Below are positions 1-8,445 of a stretch of 64,000 nucleotides of DNA, one piece after another (within the stretch, counting starts at the first letter, position 1; every line of letters starts with the position of its first letter). The position numbers and the translations under genes are program-made. The notes beneath the pieces are model-generated. The model had not been told where the DNA came from. It did not search any database and worked only from the letters and a program-made list of their open reading frames with translations. Source of the stretch: an uncultured Solirubrobacteraceae bacterium (lineage in GTDB: Bacteria; Actinomycetota; Thermoleophilia; Solirubrobacterales; Solirubrobacteraceae); contig OY970331.1 in NCBI GenBank assembly GCA_963717415.1, forward strand, positions 730,709 through 794,708. The letters are read 5' to 3'.

Positions 1-2
1 GC

Positions 3-965
3 GACTCGCAGTCGGCCTTCCGCCTCGACACCTACGTCAACGCGATCCAGCCGCTCACGCATGCCTTCAACGGCTTCCTGGCCGTCGGGCGCTCCGCCTT
101 GGCGGCGCCGATCGGCGAAGGCCTGGTCGCGACCTCGCCGTTGCCGGCACTCATCCGCACCGACAACACCGCGCCGTTCATCGAGCTCAACACCCAGGGT
201 GACATCGAAGAGCTCGACTCGGCGGCCGCCCGCCAGGCGGACAACAACTACCTGCGCACGTGGGAAGTCCCGGGCGCTTCGCACATCGACATCCACGAGG
301 CCGAGTACGAGACCGAGACGATCGCGCTCGAGTCGCCCACAGTGGGAGTGCCTTCGTGCGTGTTCGGCACGCCGATCGAGGGCACCGGGACGGCGCTTGA
401 CGGTCACAACCAGACCGACAACATGCCGCTGTTCGAGATCGAGGACGGCGCGATGGCGGCCCTCCAGAACTGGGTCGTAAACGGAGTAGCACCGGCACAC
501 GCCAAAGCGATCTCCACGATCCCCGTGTTCTTCGGGCTGTACGACCTGGTCAACAAGAACCAGTACGGCATCGGTCAGGGCGGGGTCCAGCCGCCCGACG
601 CACAGGTGCCGACGGAGAACTACTCGGCGATCAACTTCGCGAAGGTCTCAGAACAGACCCTCACGGAGCCGTCGATACAAGCCGAGCTCGAAAACGTGTT
701 CACGACGCTCGAGACCGGCGGCATCACCAACGAAGAATTCCGCAACCAGGGCCTGTGCCTGCTGTCGGGGTACTTCACGAACCTCAGCAGCTCGAAGCTC
801 AAATCCCTGTATCCGACGACGGCAAGCTATGCCTCGAAATTCGCCACCGCGGCGAACGCCGAGGTGAGCGCCGGGTTCATGACCCCCGAAGACGCCGCGA
901 CCGCGATCGCCAGGGCAGAAGCCGGCGAAGGCCCGCTGCAGGACCCGATCCTCTCGGTGCCATGA
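3..965 (+). CDS. alpha/beta hydrolase domain protein (Abhydrolase_10-like), 5'-truncated by window edge
   Basis: Frame is open from base 3: (G)DSQSAFRLDTYVNAIQP nucleophile-elbow-like motif, later WEVPGASH and a C-terminal 'LYPTTASYASKF..GFMTPEDA' typical of this family. Confidence 0.7.
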   Translation, partial: DSQSAFRLDTYVNAIQPLTHAFNGFLAVGRSALAAPIGEGLVATSPLPALIRTDNTAPFIELNTQGDIEELDSAAARQADNNYLRTWEVPGASHIDIHEAEYETETIALESPTVGVPSCVFGTPIEGTGTALDGHNQTDNMPLFEIEDGAMAALQNWVVNGVAPAHAKAISTIPVFFGLYDLVNKNQYGIGQGGVQPPDAQVPTENYSAINFAKVSEQTLTEPSIQAELENVFTTLETGGITNEEFRNQGLCLLSGYFTNLSSSKLKSLYPTTASYASKFATAANAEVSAGFMTPEDAATAIARAEAGEGPLQDPILSVP

Positions 966-1104
966 TCTAGCGGACTGTCACGAATCCGTAAGCTGCGCGC
1001 GGCCCGACTCTCCCGGCCGCGCGCAGCGGCCTCTGCGATGGCGCCGTGGCTCTGCCGGCCACGACGGCGTGCCAGGACGGCGCTCATGTCAGGCCCCCGC
1101 GCGC

Positions 1105-1599
1105 TCAGTGCTGACGCAGGCGCTCCCGAGATGCGGCGATCTCCTCAATCGCCTCCTCGAGCGAGCGCCACCCCTCGATCGTCACCGTCTTGCCTTCCAG
1201 ATCCTTGTAGATCGAGAAGAACTGCTCGATCTCTTGGCGCAGCAGCAACGGCAGATCCTCGAGCCTCTCGTAGATATTCCAGTAGGGGTCGTGCACGGGC
1301 ACGCAGATGATCTTGTCGTCGCCGCCCTTCTCATCGCGCATGCTGAACATGCCGACCGGCTTGACCGGAATCAAGCACCCCGGAAAGGTGGGCACGTGCA
1401 GACAGACCAGCGCGTCGAGCGGATCACCATCCTTGCCGAGCGTGCCGCGTAGGTAGCCGTAGTCGGTCGGATAGGTTGCCGCACTCACGAGCAGCCGGTC
1501 GAACTTGATACCTCCCAGCTGCGGGTCGTACTCGTACTTGTTGCGCCCGCCCTTGGGAATCTCAACGACACATACCAGCTCGGGTTCAGGCCGGCCCAC
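1105..1599 (-). CDS. ppa: inorganic pyrophosphatase (family I)
   Basis: EIPKGGRNKYE, YPTDYG, DGDPLD, DEKGGDDK and FFSIYKDLE motifs; TATGCT 6 nt before the GTG start. Confidence 0.93.
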   Translation of the reverse strand: MGRPEPELVCVVEIPKGGRNKYEYDPQLGGIKFDRLLVSAATYPTDYGYLRGTLGKDGDPLDALVCLHVPTFPGCLIPVKPVGMFSMRDEKGGDDKIICVPVHDPYWNIYERLEDLPLLLRQEIEQFFSIYKDLEGKTVTIEGWRSLEEAIEEIAASRERLRQH

Positions 1600-1658
1600 G
1601 GCGATAGCATATGCCCGGAGCGTGTGGGTGCATTGAACCTTCGGCTACCGCGGCGGGA

Positions 1659-2190
1659 TCAGCGGGCGATCGCGTTGAGTTCGGCGACAGCATCCTCTGG
1701 CAGTGCGAGGTGCTTGATCAGGCCCTCCCGCTGCATCTCGGCGAGTGCGCCGAACGGCTCTGCGATCGGGCCCGGCGTCGGAGCGTCAAAGCCGCCGACG
1801 CGGAGGTTCACGACATCGAGCGCGTCAAGGCCGAGGTTCTCGAGGTTCTCGTGCACGGCCCGCCGCAGGTCGGCTGGGTCCAGGGCGGTGGGCCATCCAC
1901 CGTCGGCGTCTCGGCGGGCGCCGACCTTGGTCACGATCCGCAGGTCCTCCGGATATGGCTGAAGCGCCTCCTTGATGATCTGATTGGTGAGGTGCGGGCC
2001 GTAGTAGTCGCTCGTGTCGATATGCCTGATACCGAGCTCGACGGCCTCCCGCAGCGCGGCGATCGCCGCGTCGCGGTCGGCAGGCGGGCCGAACACGTGC
2101 GGTCCAGCGAGCTGCATCGCGCCGTAGCCGACACGGGTCACCGCCAGGTCATCTGCCAGGGTGAGAGTACCTCCGGGAAGCTGCGTGGAA
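1659..2190 (-). pseudogene. aldo/keto reductase (YdbC-like) remnant with a large in-frame internal deletion and apparently lost start codon
   Basis: GYGAMQL, IDTSDYYG and VTKVGA motifs are present, but after GLIKHL the sequence jumps to a C-terminal-like ALPEDAVAELNAIAR; the RBS-like GAAAGGA is followed by no ATG before STQLPGG. Confidence 0.7.
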
Positions 2191-2286
2191 GATCCTTTCG
2201 GGAGGGAACGGCGGGCCGTGATGCCGCGCTGGCGGACGGCGCGACGGGCCTGGTGAGGGACGCCACAAGCCTAGTCGCTGAAAGCC

Positions 2287-2772
2287 TCAGCGGGTACTCG
2301 TGTCGTCGTCGGGCACCGACGAGCCGGTGAGGCTCGCGCCGTAAAGCCGCTCTAGCTGATCCAAGCACCCGCGCCATCCTCGATCCTGGGCGTCGCGGCG
2401 CTTGCCGGTCGAGATGCCGCTGTTGACCATCACCACGGTCGTCGAGCCCTCGGACTCCGAGAAGAACAGCTCGATCTGCTGCTCGTTTGAGGGTTCGTCG
2501 TCGAAGGTCCAGGCCATCACCAGCCGGTGCGGCCGGCGGATCAGCGCGTATTCCCCCTGGGCTTCGGCCTTCGTGCCATCCGGCCGGCGCATCACCACCC
2601 GCACCCTTCCGCCCACCCGGAGATCGACCTCGGCCTCGGGCGTGTCCCAATCGGCGTCGACGTGGAACCAGCGCCGCATGACCTCGGGGCTGGTCCATGC
2701 GTCGAACACCTCCTCGGCCGAAGCGGCGAACGTGCGCTCGATACGAACCACGTAGCCGGACTCCTCGATCAC
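2287..2772 (-). CDS. SRPBCC/AHSA1 domain protein
   Basis: IERTFAASAEEVFDAWTSPE, DLRVGG and GWRGCLDQL motifs; GTG start overlaps the ArsR stop (GTGA). Confidence 0.88.
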   Translation of the reverse strand: MIEESGYVVRIERTFAASAEEVFDAWTSPEVMRRWFHVDADWDTPEAEVDLRVGGRVRVVMRRPDGTKAEAQGEYALIRRPHRLVMAWTFDDEPSNEQQIELFFSESEGSTTVVMVNSGISTGKRRDAQDRGWRGCLDQLERLYGASLTGSSVPDDDTSTR

Positions 2773-3086
2773 GGTCGCTCCTTCCGCTCCTCCAGGTAGT
2801 CGCCGACGACGTCGAACAGGCGCTCCCAGCGCTCGCGCTGGCTTTCTATCCACTCCGAGGCCTCGGCGAGCGCCTCCGGGCGCAGGGCGAGGCGATGAGC
2901 CCGGCCGTCGATCACGCGGCTCACGACGCCTGCTTCCTCCAGCAGCTTCAGGTGCCTCGAGATGGTTGGCTTCGAGACGCCGAACTCCCGGCCCACCTCT
3001 CCCACGGTCGCCGCGCCGCCGCTGAGCCGTTCCACGATGCCGCGCCGCAGCGGATGCGCGAGGGCCTTGAACGTATCGTTAGCCAT
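2769..3086 (-). CDS. ArsR/SmtB family transcriptional regulator
   Basis: FKALAHPLRRGI, SKPTISRHLKLLEEAGVV winged HTH. Confidence 0.92.
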   Translation of the reverse strand: MANDTFKALAHPLRRGIVERLSGGAATVGEVGREFGVSKPTISRHLKLLEEAGVVSRVIDGRAHRLALRPEALAEASEWIESQRERWERLFDVVGDYLEERKERP

Positions 3087-3099
3087 TCTGCTAATTATA
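3079..3099 (-). promoter_or_regulatory. leaderless promoter (-10 TATAAT) and candidate ArsR operator
   Basis: TATAAT lies 7 nt before ATG 3086; inverted repeat ttagc-N6-gctaa (3079-3094) overlaps the start codon. Confidence 0.6.
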
Positions 3100-3138
3100 T
3101 AGCCCCGCCCGCGGACCCGGATAGGAGGTTGGGACGTG

Positions 3139-3873
3139 ATGACAGAGCATAGGACCGGCACGCAGGAGCAGTGGCAGGCCGAGCGCGACGAGTTGCTGAC
3201 CGAGGAGAAGGAGCTCACCCGCCGCGGCGACGAGCTGGCGAGAAAAAGACGGGAGCTGCCCTGGGTGCAGGTCGAGAAGGATTACCCGTTCGAGGCCGGG
3301 GACGGCACGAAGAAGCTCGCTGATCTCTTCCGTGGCCGCTCCCAGCTGGTCGTCTACCACTTCATGTTCGGGCCGTCCTTCACGGCAGGCTGCCCGGTCT
3401 GCTCCTCGATCGCCGACACGCTCGATCCCCAGGCCGTCCACCTGAGGGCGAGGGACGCCACTCTGCTGCTCGCCTCCCGCGCGCCGCTCGAGAAGCTCCT
3501 CTCCTTCCGGGAGCGGATGGGCTGGGGCATCGACTGGGTCTCGAGCGGCGGGAGCGACTTCAACCGCGACCTCGGCTTCCTTCACACAAGGGACGAGCTG
3601 AAGCCGTTCCTGGACGGCGAGATCCCGGCCACGGTCGAGCAGAACGCGTGCATGTGCGGGACGGACGTGGCGGGGTACGTCGCGGAGGGACCGGGGCTGA
3701 GCGTCTACGCGCTATCGGAGGGGATCGTCTACCGGACCTACGTGGCGACCGCTCGCGGTCTGGAGCCCGCGATGGCCTACTACGGACTACTGGATCGCAC
3801 GCCGAAGGGTCGCGACGAGGGCGGCCCGGAGCCGTCGTGGATCCGTCGACACGACGAGTACGAGAGCGAGTGA
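3139..3873 (+). CDS. DUF899 family thioredoxin-like protein
   Basis: EKELTRRGDELARKRRELPW, LFRGRSQLVVYHFMF, GCPVCS, LLDRTPKGR, WIRRHDEY; RBS AGGAGG. Confidence 0.9.
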   Translation: MTEHRTGTQEQWQAERDELLTEEKELTRRGDELARKRRELPWVQVEKDYPFEAGDGTKKLADLFRGRSQLVVYHFMFGPSFTAGCPVCSSIADTLDPQAVHLRARDATLLLASRAPLEKLLSFRERMGWGIDWVSSGGSDFNRDLGFLHTRDELKPFLDGEIPATVEQNACMCGTDVAGYVAEGPGLSVYALSEGIVYRTYVATARGLEPAMAYYGLLDRTPKGRDEGGPEPSWIRRHDEYESE

Positions 3874-3876
3874 ACC

Positions 3877-4758
3877 ATGGGCACGGCAAGGAACATCACG
3901 ATTGCCGGCGAGCCGTCAGCGAGGACCGCGACGGTCGTCGGAGGCTCCGAGGAGGGCGCGCTCGCGACCCCGCTCGTGGCGATGCGCGCCCAACTCGGAA
4001 TGGTCACGGTGCTGCTCGCGGCGGCGGGACTGGCCTGGTGGGCGACAGTCGACCGGATGGCCGGGATGGACGCAGGACCCGGGACCGCACTTGGTGCCCT
4101 CGGGTGGTTCACGGGCGTATGGGCGGTGATGATGGCCGCGATGATGCTGCCGTCGCTCGCGCCGACGGCCGCTGTTTACGCCGCGCTCGTGCGCCGTCAG
4201 CCCGGCCGGGTGCTGTTGTTCGCCGGCGGCTACCTGCTCGTCTGGAGCGCTGCGGGGGTCGTGGCCTACGGCGTCTTCGAGCTCGGCAGCAGCCTGTTCG
4301 CCGGAGCACTGGCCTGGCGGAGCGGCGGGCGTTGGCTGGCGGCGGCTGTCCTCGTGCTCGCCGCGCTTTATCAGCTGACCCAATACAAGCGCGCCTTCCT
4401 GTTGAGGTGTCGAAGCCCGTTGCGTTTCCTGCGCGCGACCTGGCGCGAGGGGCATTCAGGCGCATTTGCGATGGGGGTGCGCAACGGCGGATGGTGCGTC
4501 GGCTGCTCCTGGGCGCTGATGGCGGCGCTGTTCGCGCTCGGCGTCATGAGCCTCACCTGGATGGCGCTGATCGCGGGGCTCGTGGCGCTCGAAAAGATCG
4601 GACCCTGGGGAGGCACGGCAAGAGTGGCGACAGCGGGGGTCCTCGTGGTGCTCGGGGTCGCGATTCTCGCGGTGCCGCACGAGGTGCCGGGCTTCGTCGT
4701 CCCGGGCTCATCCGGCGCGATGCACGCCATGAAAACGATGGGGACAGGGGCCGGCTGA
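3877..4758 (+). CDS. DUF2182 predicted metal-binding integral membrane protein
   Basis: WAVMMAAMMLPS, YQLTQYKRAFLLRCRSP and CVGCSWALM motifs; multiple TM segments. Confidence 0.88.
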   Translation: MGTARNITIAGEPSARTATVVGGSEEGALATPLVAMRAQLGMVTVLLAAAGLAWWATVDRMAGMDAGPGTALGALGWFTGVWAVMMAAMMLPSLAPTAAVYAALVRRQPGRVLLFAGGYLLVWSAAGVVAYGVFELGSSLFAGALAWRSGGRWLAAAVLVLAALYQLTQYKRAFLLRCRSPLRFLRATWREGHSGAFAMGVRNGGWCVGCSWALMAALFALGVMSLTWMALIAGLVALEKIGPWGGTARVATAGVLVVLGVAILAVPHEVPGFVVPGSSGAMHAMKTMGTGAG

Positions 4759-4780
4759 GCTCTCCTCCCGGCGAGGTGCC

Positions 4781-5734
4781 CTACGGCACGATCACGGCGG
4801 TGCCCTCGAAGCGCCCCGCGCGAAGGTCCGCGAGCGCCTGCTCGGCGTGCTCGAGCTCATAGATCGTTACGGTCGTCCTTATCGGCACCTTCGGCGCGAC
4901 CGAGAGGAACTCTTCGCCGTCGCGGCGAGTCAGGTTCGCGACCGACCGGAGCTTGCGCTCGTGGTAGAGGAGCTCATAGGGAAACGAGGGTATGTCGCTC
5001 ATATGGATCCCGGCGCACACCACGACGCCGTCGGGGGCGAGCGCCTCGAGCGCCTTCGGGACAAGCGGACCGGCGGGCGCGAAAATGATTGCGGCGTCGA
5101 GCGGCTCGGGAGGCATCTCGTCGCTTCCTCCCGCCCACGACGCCCCCAGGCCGAGCGCGAACGCCTGCGTGCGCTCATCCCCGGGGCGTGTGAACGCGTA
5201 CACCTGCCGTCCTTGGAACACGGCGAGCTGGCAGATCATGTGCGCCGCCGAACCGAACCCGTAGAGTCCCAGTCGCTGCCCATCGTCGGTGAAGCTCATG
5301 GCGCGGTATCCGATCAGCCCGCCGCAGAGCAGCGGCGCCGCCTCCCGGTCTGAGAGCTCCGGCGGCAGCGGTAGGCAGTAACGCTCGTCGGCGACGGTCA
5401 GCTCCGCATATCCGCCGTCGATGTCGCGCCCCGTGAACCGGGCGTTCACGCACAGGTTCTCGCGCCCCGAGCTGCAGTACCGACAGGTGCCGTCGGTCCA
5501 GCCGAGCCAGGGAACGCCCACCCTGAGACCGTCTCCCGTCGTCGCGACGATCTGATGGCCGAGCACTACGGGCAGCCTGGTTGCCGGTATTTCCCCATCG
5601 CGGAGGTGCAGATCGGTGCGACACACACCGCAGGCGCGGACCTCGAGCAGCAGCTGCCCCGGGCCGGGCTCCGGGTCGGGCAGGGTGACGAGCTCGAGCG
5701 GCTCCAGCTGGCTCTTGAGGATCGCCGCGCGCAT
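4781..5734 (-). CDS. zinc-dependent alcohol dehydrogenase family protein
   Basis: CGVCRTDLH, GHQIV, CRYC..ENLC, APLLCGG and GLYGFG motifs. Confidence 0.92.
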   Translation of the reverse strand: MRAAILKSQLEPLELVTLPDPEPGPGQLLLEVRACGVCRTDLHLRDGEIPATRLPVVLGHQIVATTGDGLRVGVPWLGWTDGTCRYCSSGRENLCVNARFTGRDIDGGYAELTVADERYCLPLPPELSDREAAPLLCGGLIGYRAMSFTDDGQRLGLYGFGSAAHMICQLAVFQGRQVYAFTRPGDERTQAFALGLGASWAGGSDEMPPEPLDAAIIFAPAGPLVPKALEALAPDGVVVCAGIHMSDIPSFPYELLYHERKLRSVANLTRRDGEEFLSVAPKVPIRTTVTIYELEHAEQALADLRAGRFEGTAVIVP

Positions 5735-5767
5735 CGCCTAATGATGATGAATGCTCGTGACGGGCCG

Positions 5768-6034
5768 CTACTTTCCGGTGCGGTCGCGATGCTTGCACCC
5801 CGGCCAGCAGCAGGGTCGGCGCTGGCCTTCCTCGAGCTCTTCGCGGGTTCGCCGAATGCGACGCTCTCGGGTGGTCTCCTGCTTGGCATCCTCCACCCAG
5901 CAGATGAACTCGTTGCGGGCCAAGGGCGTGATGTCCTTCCAGGCATCGAGTGCCGTGGCGTTGGCGATCAACGCCTTTCGCAGGTCCGCGGGCAGTTCAT
6001 GCACCACCCCACCAGGCACGCTCGCGCCGTTCAC
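5768..6034 (-). CDS. YdeI/OmpD-associated family protein
   Basis: LPADLRKAL, ITPLARNEFICWVEDAK, RRPCCWPGC; TACCAT 6 nt before GTG. Confidence 0.85.
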   Translation of the reverse strand: MNGASVPGGVVHELPADLRKALIANATALDAWKDITPLARNEFICWVEDAKQETTRERRIRRTREELEEGQRRPCCWPGCKHRDRTGK

Positions 6035-6108
6035 AGGCTGATGGTAGTGAGTCGTAGGCGACCGAGAGGCGCTGTAGCCGGGGTCATCGCATCGCTGTCG
6101 TCGAGCCG

Positions 6109-6165
6109 ATGACGATCCAGCGCATGGATCACGTTGGCATCGTCGTCGAGGACCTCGCGGCTGTA
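6109..6165 (+). pseudogene. 5' remnant of a VOC/glyoxalase family gene
   Basis: MTIQRMDHVGIVVEDLAA is a typical VOC N-terminus; the similarity ends after about 18 codons. Confidence 0.55.
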
Positions 6166-6207
6166 GGCACGTCAGCCTGGCGGTCGGGCCCCGGCCCCCC
6201 GTCGGCG

Positions 6208-6972
6208 CTAGTTCTCGCCCCAGCGGCCGTCGCCGTGATCGCGCGGCGGGCCGTCGCCATAGAACTCCCTGGCGAGCGCCAGTATTTCCGCCTCGGTCAG
6301 GTCCTCACCGTCGGACTCGATCGAGCCGACGATCCGTTTCATCAGGTCATGGTCGTGTTGTGCCAGGTACTGCATGAAATGCAGCATGCCGTTGCTGTGA
6401 CCCTTGCCGTTGCCGACGATCAGTATCTGGGCAGCAGGCCTGAGCGCATCGGCGAGTTCGGCGTACCACGATCTCTCGATCTTGCCGTACCAGCCCTCGG
6501 GGTTGTTGGCCTTGTGGTGCATCGTGCGAAGCCGGCCGGTGGGGTCCTCCGGGACGATTCTCGTCGGCGCGCCGTCCGTCGCATCGGTCGGGTAGGTGTC
6601 GGCACCGTGGTAGCTGATGAGCAGGATCGCATGGCCACTGGGCTCCCCCGCGGCCGGCCGTGCGCTCACGTCTGCGCGCTCGCGCAGCCCCTCAACCGTG
6701 AGGCCGGCGGCGCCGAGCATGCGTCGGAGGTCGACGACCATCTGCTCGTCGACATCCTTTCCACTCGGCCGATGGAGCGTTTCGGTCTCGCCACCGACGC
6801 TGACCTCGAACTTGCCGTTGTGCTCCTCGGTCACCTCGCCGATCGCCTCCAGCAGCGAGAGGACGTCGCGCCACTCGATGTTGTGGCTGACCGGGTGGGA
6901 AAGGATGGCCTGGGCGGTGCGGCGATGGTGGTTGTCGAGGTGGGTGATGTCGGGTTGGCTTATGGACCTCAT
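6208..6972 (-). CDS. two-domain protein: HicA-like N-terminal domain plus bacterial eRF1-like/host-attachment-like C-terminal domain
   Basis: N-terminal HRRTAQAILSHPVSHNIEWRDVLSLL..LHRP..LRRML; C-terminal HHKAN..ELADALRPAAQILIVGNG..LTEAEILALAREFY. Confidence 0.65.
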   Translation of the reverse strand: MRSISQPDITHLDNHHRRTAQAILSHPVSHNIEWRDVLSLLEAIGEVTEEHNGKFEVSVGGETETLHRPSGKDVDEQMVVDLRRMLGAAGLTVEGLRERADVSARPAAGEPSGHAILLISYHGADTYPTDATDGAPTRIVPEDPTGRLRTMHHKANNPEGWYGKIERSWYAELADALRPAAQILIVGNGKGHSNGMLHFMQYLAQHDHDLMKRIVGSIESDGEDLTEAEILALAREFYGDGPPRDHGDGRWGEN

Positions 6973-7119
6973 TATCACCGAATCGATGACGCGCGGCAGC
7001 GCGCACTCATGGCGGGGCTCGCGTGATGCGTGCTCGTCGCGGAGCAACACACGGTCCGCGCTCGCCTGGAAGGTTGATGCAGTCAAACTGGTCGGCCTGC
7101 TCAGGCATACGATGGGTGC

Positions 7120-8424
7120 ATGATGCAGGTGCTCACGCGGTACGCGCGCAGTGGCAGGCTGCAGATCGCCTACCAGGTGGCCGGCGAAGGTGCGCTCGAT
7201 GTTTTGGTGGTACCGAGGTGGTTCTCGAACATTGAACTCGACTGGGAGCTGCCGCCCTCGGCCCGGTTTCTCGCGCGGCTGGCCTCGTTCGCGCGGCTGA
7301 TCCAGTTCGATCGACGTGGTGCCGGGATGTCCGGCGGGATCGCTGGGGCCACACCGCTGGAGGAGCAGATCGACGATGTTCGTGCGGTGCTCGATGCCGC
7401 GGGGTCCGACCATCCGGCGTTGATCTCGATTGCCGAGGGCTGTGCCTTGGCGGTGCTGTTTGCGGCGTCGCATCCGGATCTCGTTCGCGCACTGGTACTG
7501 ATCACGCCGACACCCCGCGTGGTCCGCGGACCGGGCTACGAGTGGGCGCAGAGCGTCGATGAGCGCCGAGCGATGGTTCAGACGGTCGTTGAGTACTGGG
7601 CCAGCAGCTCACCGAAGCAGCCGTGGGGCGGGTTCGTCGGCCAGGACGAGCAGCGACGACGCCTGCTCGCGCGCCACCGGCGTTTGTCGATGACGCCGGA
7701 TGCCGCCGCCGCCTCGCTGGCCATGGTCGGCGAGCTCGATGTGCGAGACGCGCTTGCGAGCGTGCAGTGTCCGACGTTGGTGCTGCACCGGGCGAGCGAC
7801 GTGTATGTCGACGAACGCCATTCCCGCTACGCGGCGGCCCACATCCCAGGTGCACGATATGTCGAGGTCCAGCCAGGAGGCCATGCGGCCGACGAGATCG
7901 AGCAGTTCTTGACGGGTGTCCGACGACCGGTTCTCAGCGACCGCGTGCTGGCGACGGTGCTGTTCACCGACATAGTCGGCTCGACCGAGCGCGCCGCAGA
8001 ACTGGGCGACGGCGGCTGGCTCGCGCTTCTCGAGAGGCACGATGCGCTCGTGCGCGAGCAGGTCGAGCGCCACCGGGGGCGCTTCGTCAAGTCGCTCGGT
8101 GACGGAATGCTCGCCACGTTCGACGGTCCGAGTCGCGCCATCAGCAGCGCCATCGCCATCCGCGATGCGCTCCGCGAGCTCAACCTGGAGATTCGCGCCG
8201 GTCTGCACACCGGCGAGTGCGAGCTACTCGCCGATCACGACGTCGGCGGCCTTGCGGTTCACCTCGGCGCCCGCATCAGCGGCCTCGCCGGGCCGGGAGA
8301 GGTGCTGGTTAGCGGCACCGTCCGCGACCTCATCGTCGGCTCCGATCAGATCCTCGCCGATCGGGGAGAACACCAACTAAAAGGAATCCCAGGATCCTGG
8401 CGGGTGTTTGCGGTCCAGACCTAG
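7120..8424 (+). CDS. alpha/beta-hydrolase-fold plus class III adenylate/guanylate cyclase (LipJ/Rv1900c-like)
   Basis: IAYQVAG..FDRRGAGMS hydrolase fold; cyclase motifs FTDIVGST, KSLGDG, IRAGLHTGECE, AVHLGARI. Confidence 0.9.
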   Translation: MMQVLTRYARSGRLQIAYQVAGEGALDVLVVPRWFSNIELDWELPPSARFLARLASFARLIQFDRRGAGMSGGIAGATPLEEQIDDVRAVLDAAGSDHPALISIAEGCALAVLFAASHPDLVRALVLITPTPRVVRGPGYEWAQSVDERRAMVQTVVEYWASSSPKQPWGGFVGQDEQRRRLLARHRRLSMTPDAAAASLAMVGELDVRDALASVQCPTLVLHRASDVYVDERHSRYAAAHIPGARYVEVQPGGHAADEIEQFLTGVRRPVLSDRVLATVLFTDIVGSTERAAELGDGGWLALLERHDALVREQVERHRGRFVKSLGDGMLATFDGPSRAISSAIAIRDALRELNLEIRAGLHTGECELLADHDVGGLAVHLGARISGLAGPGEVLVSGTVRDLIVGSDQILADRGEHQLKGIPGSWRVFAVQT

Positions 8425-8445
8425 CAGCCCTCGGCGGGATCGCTC

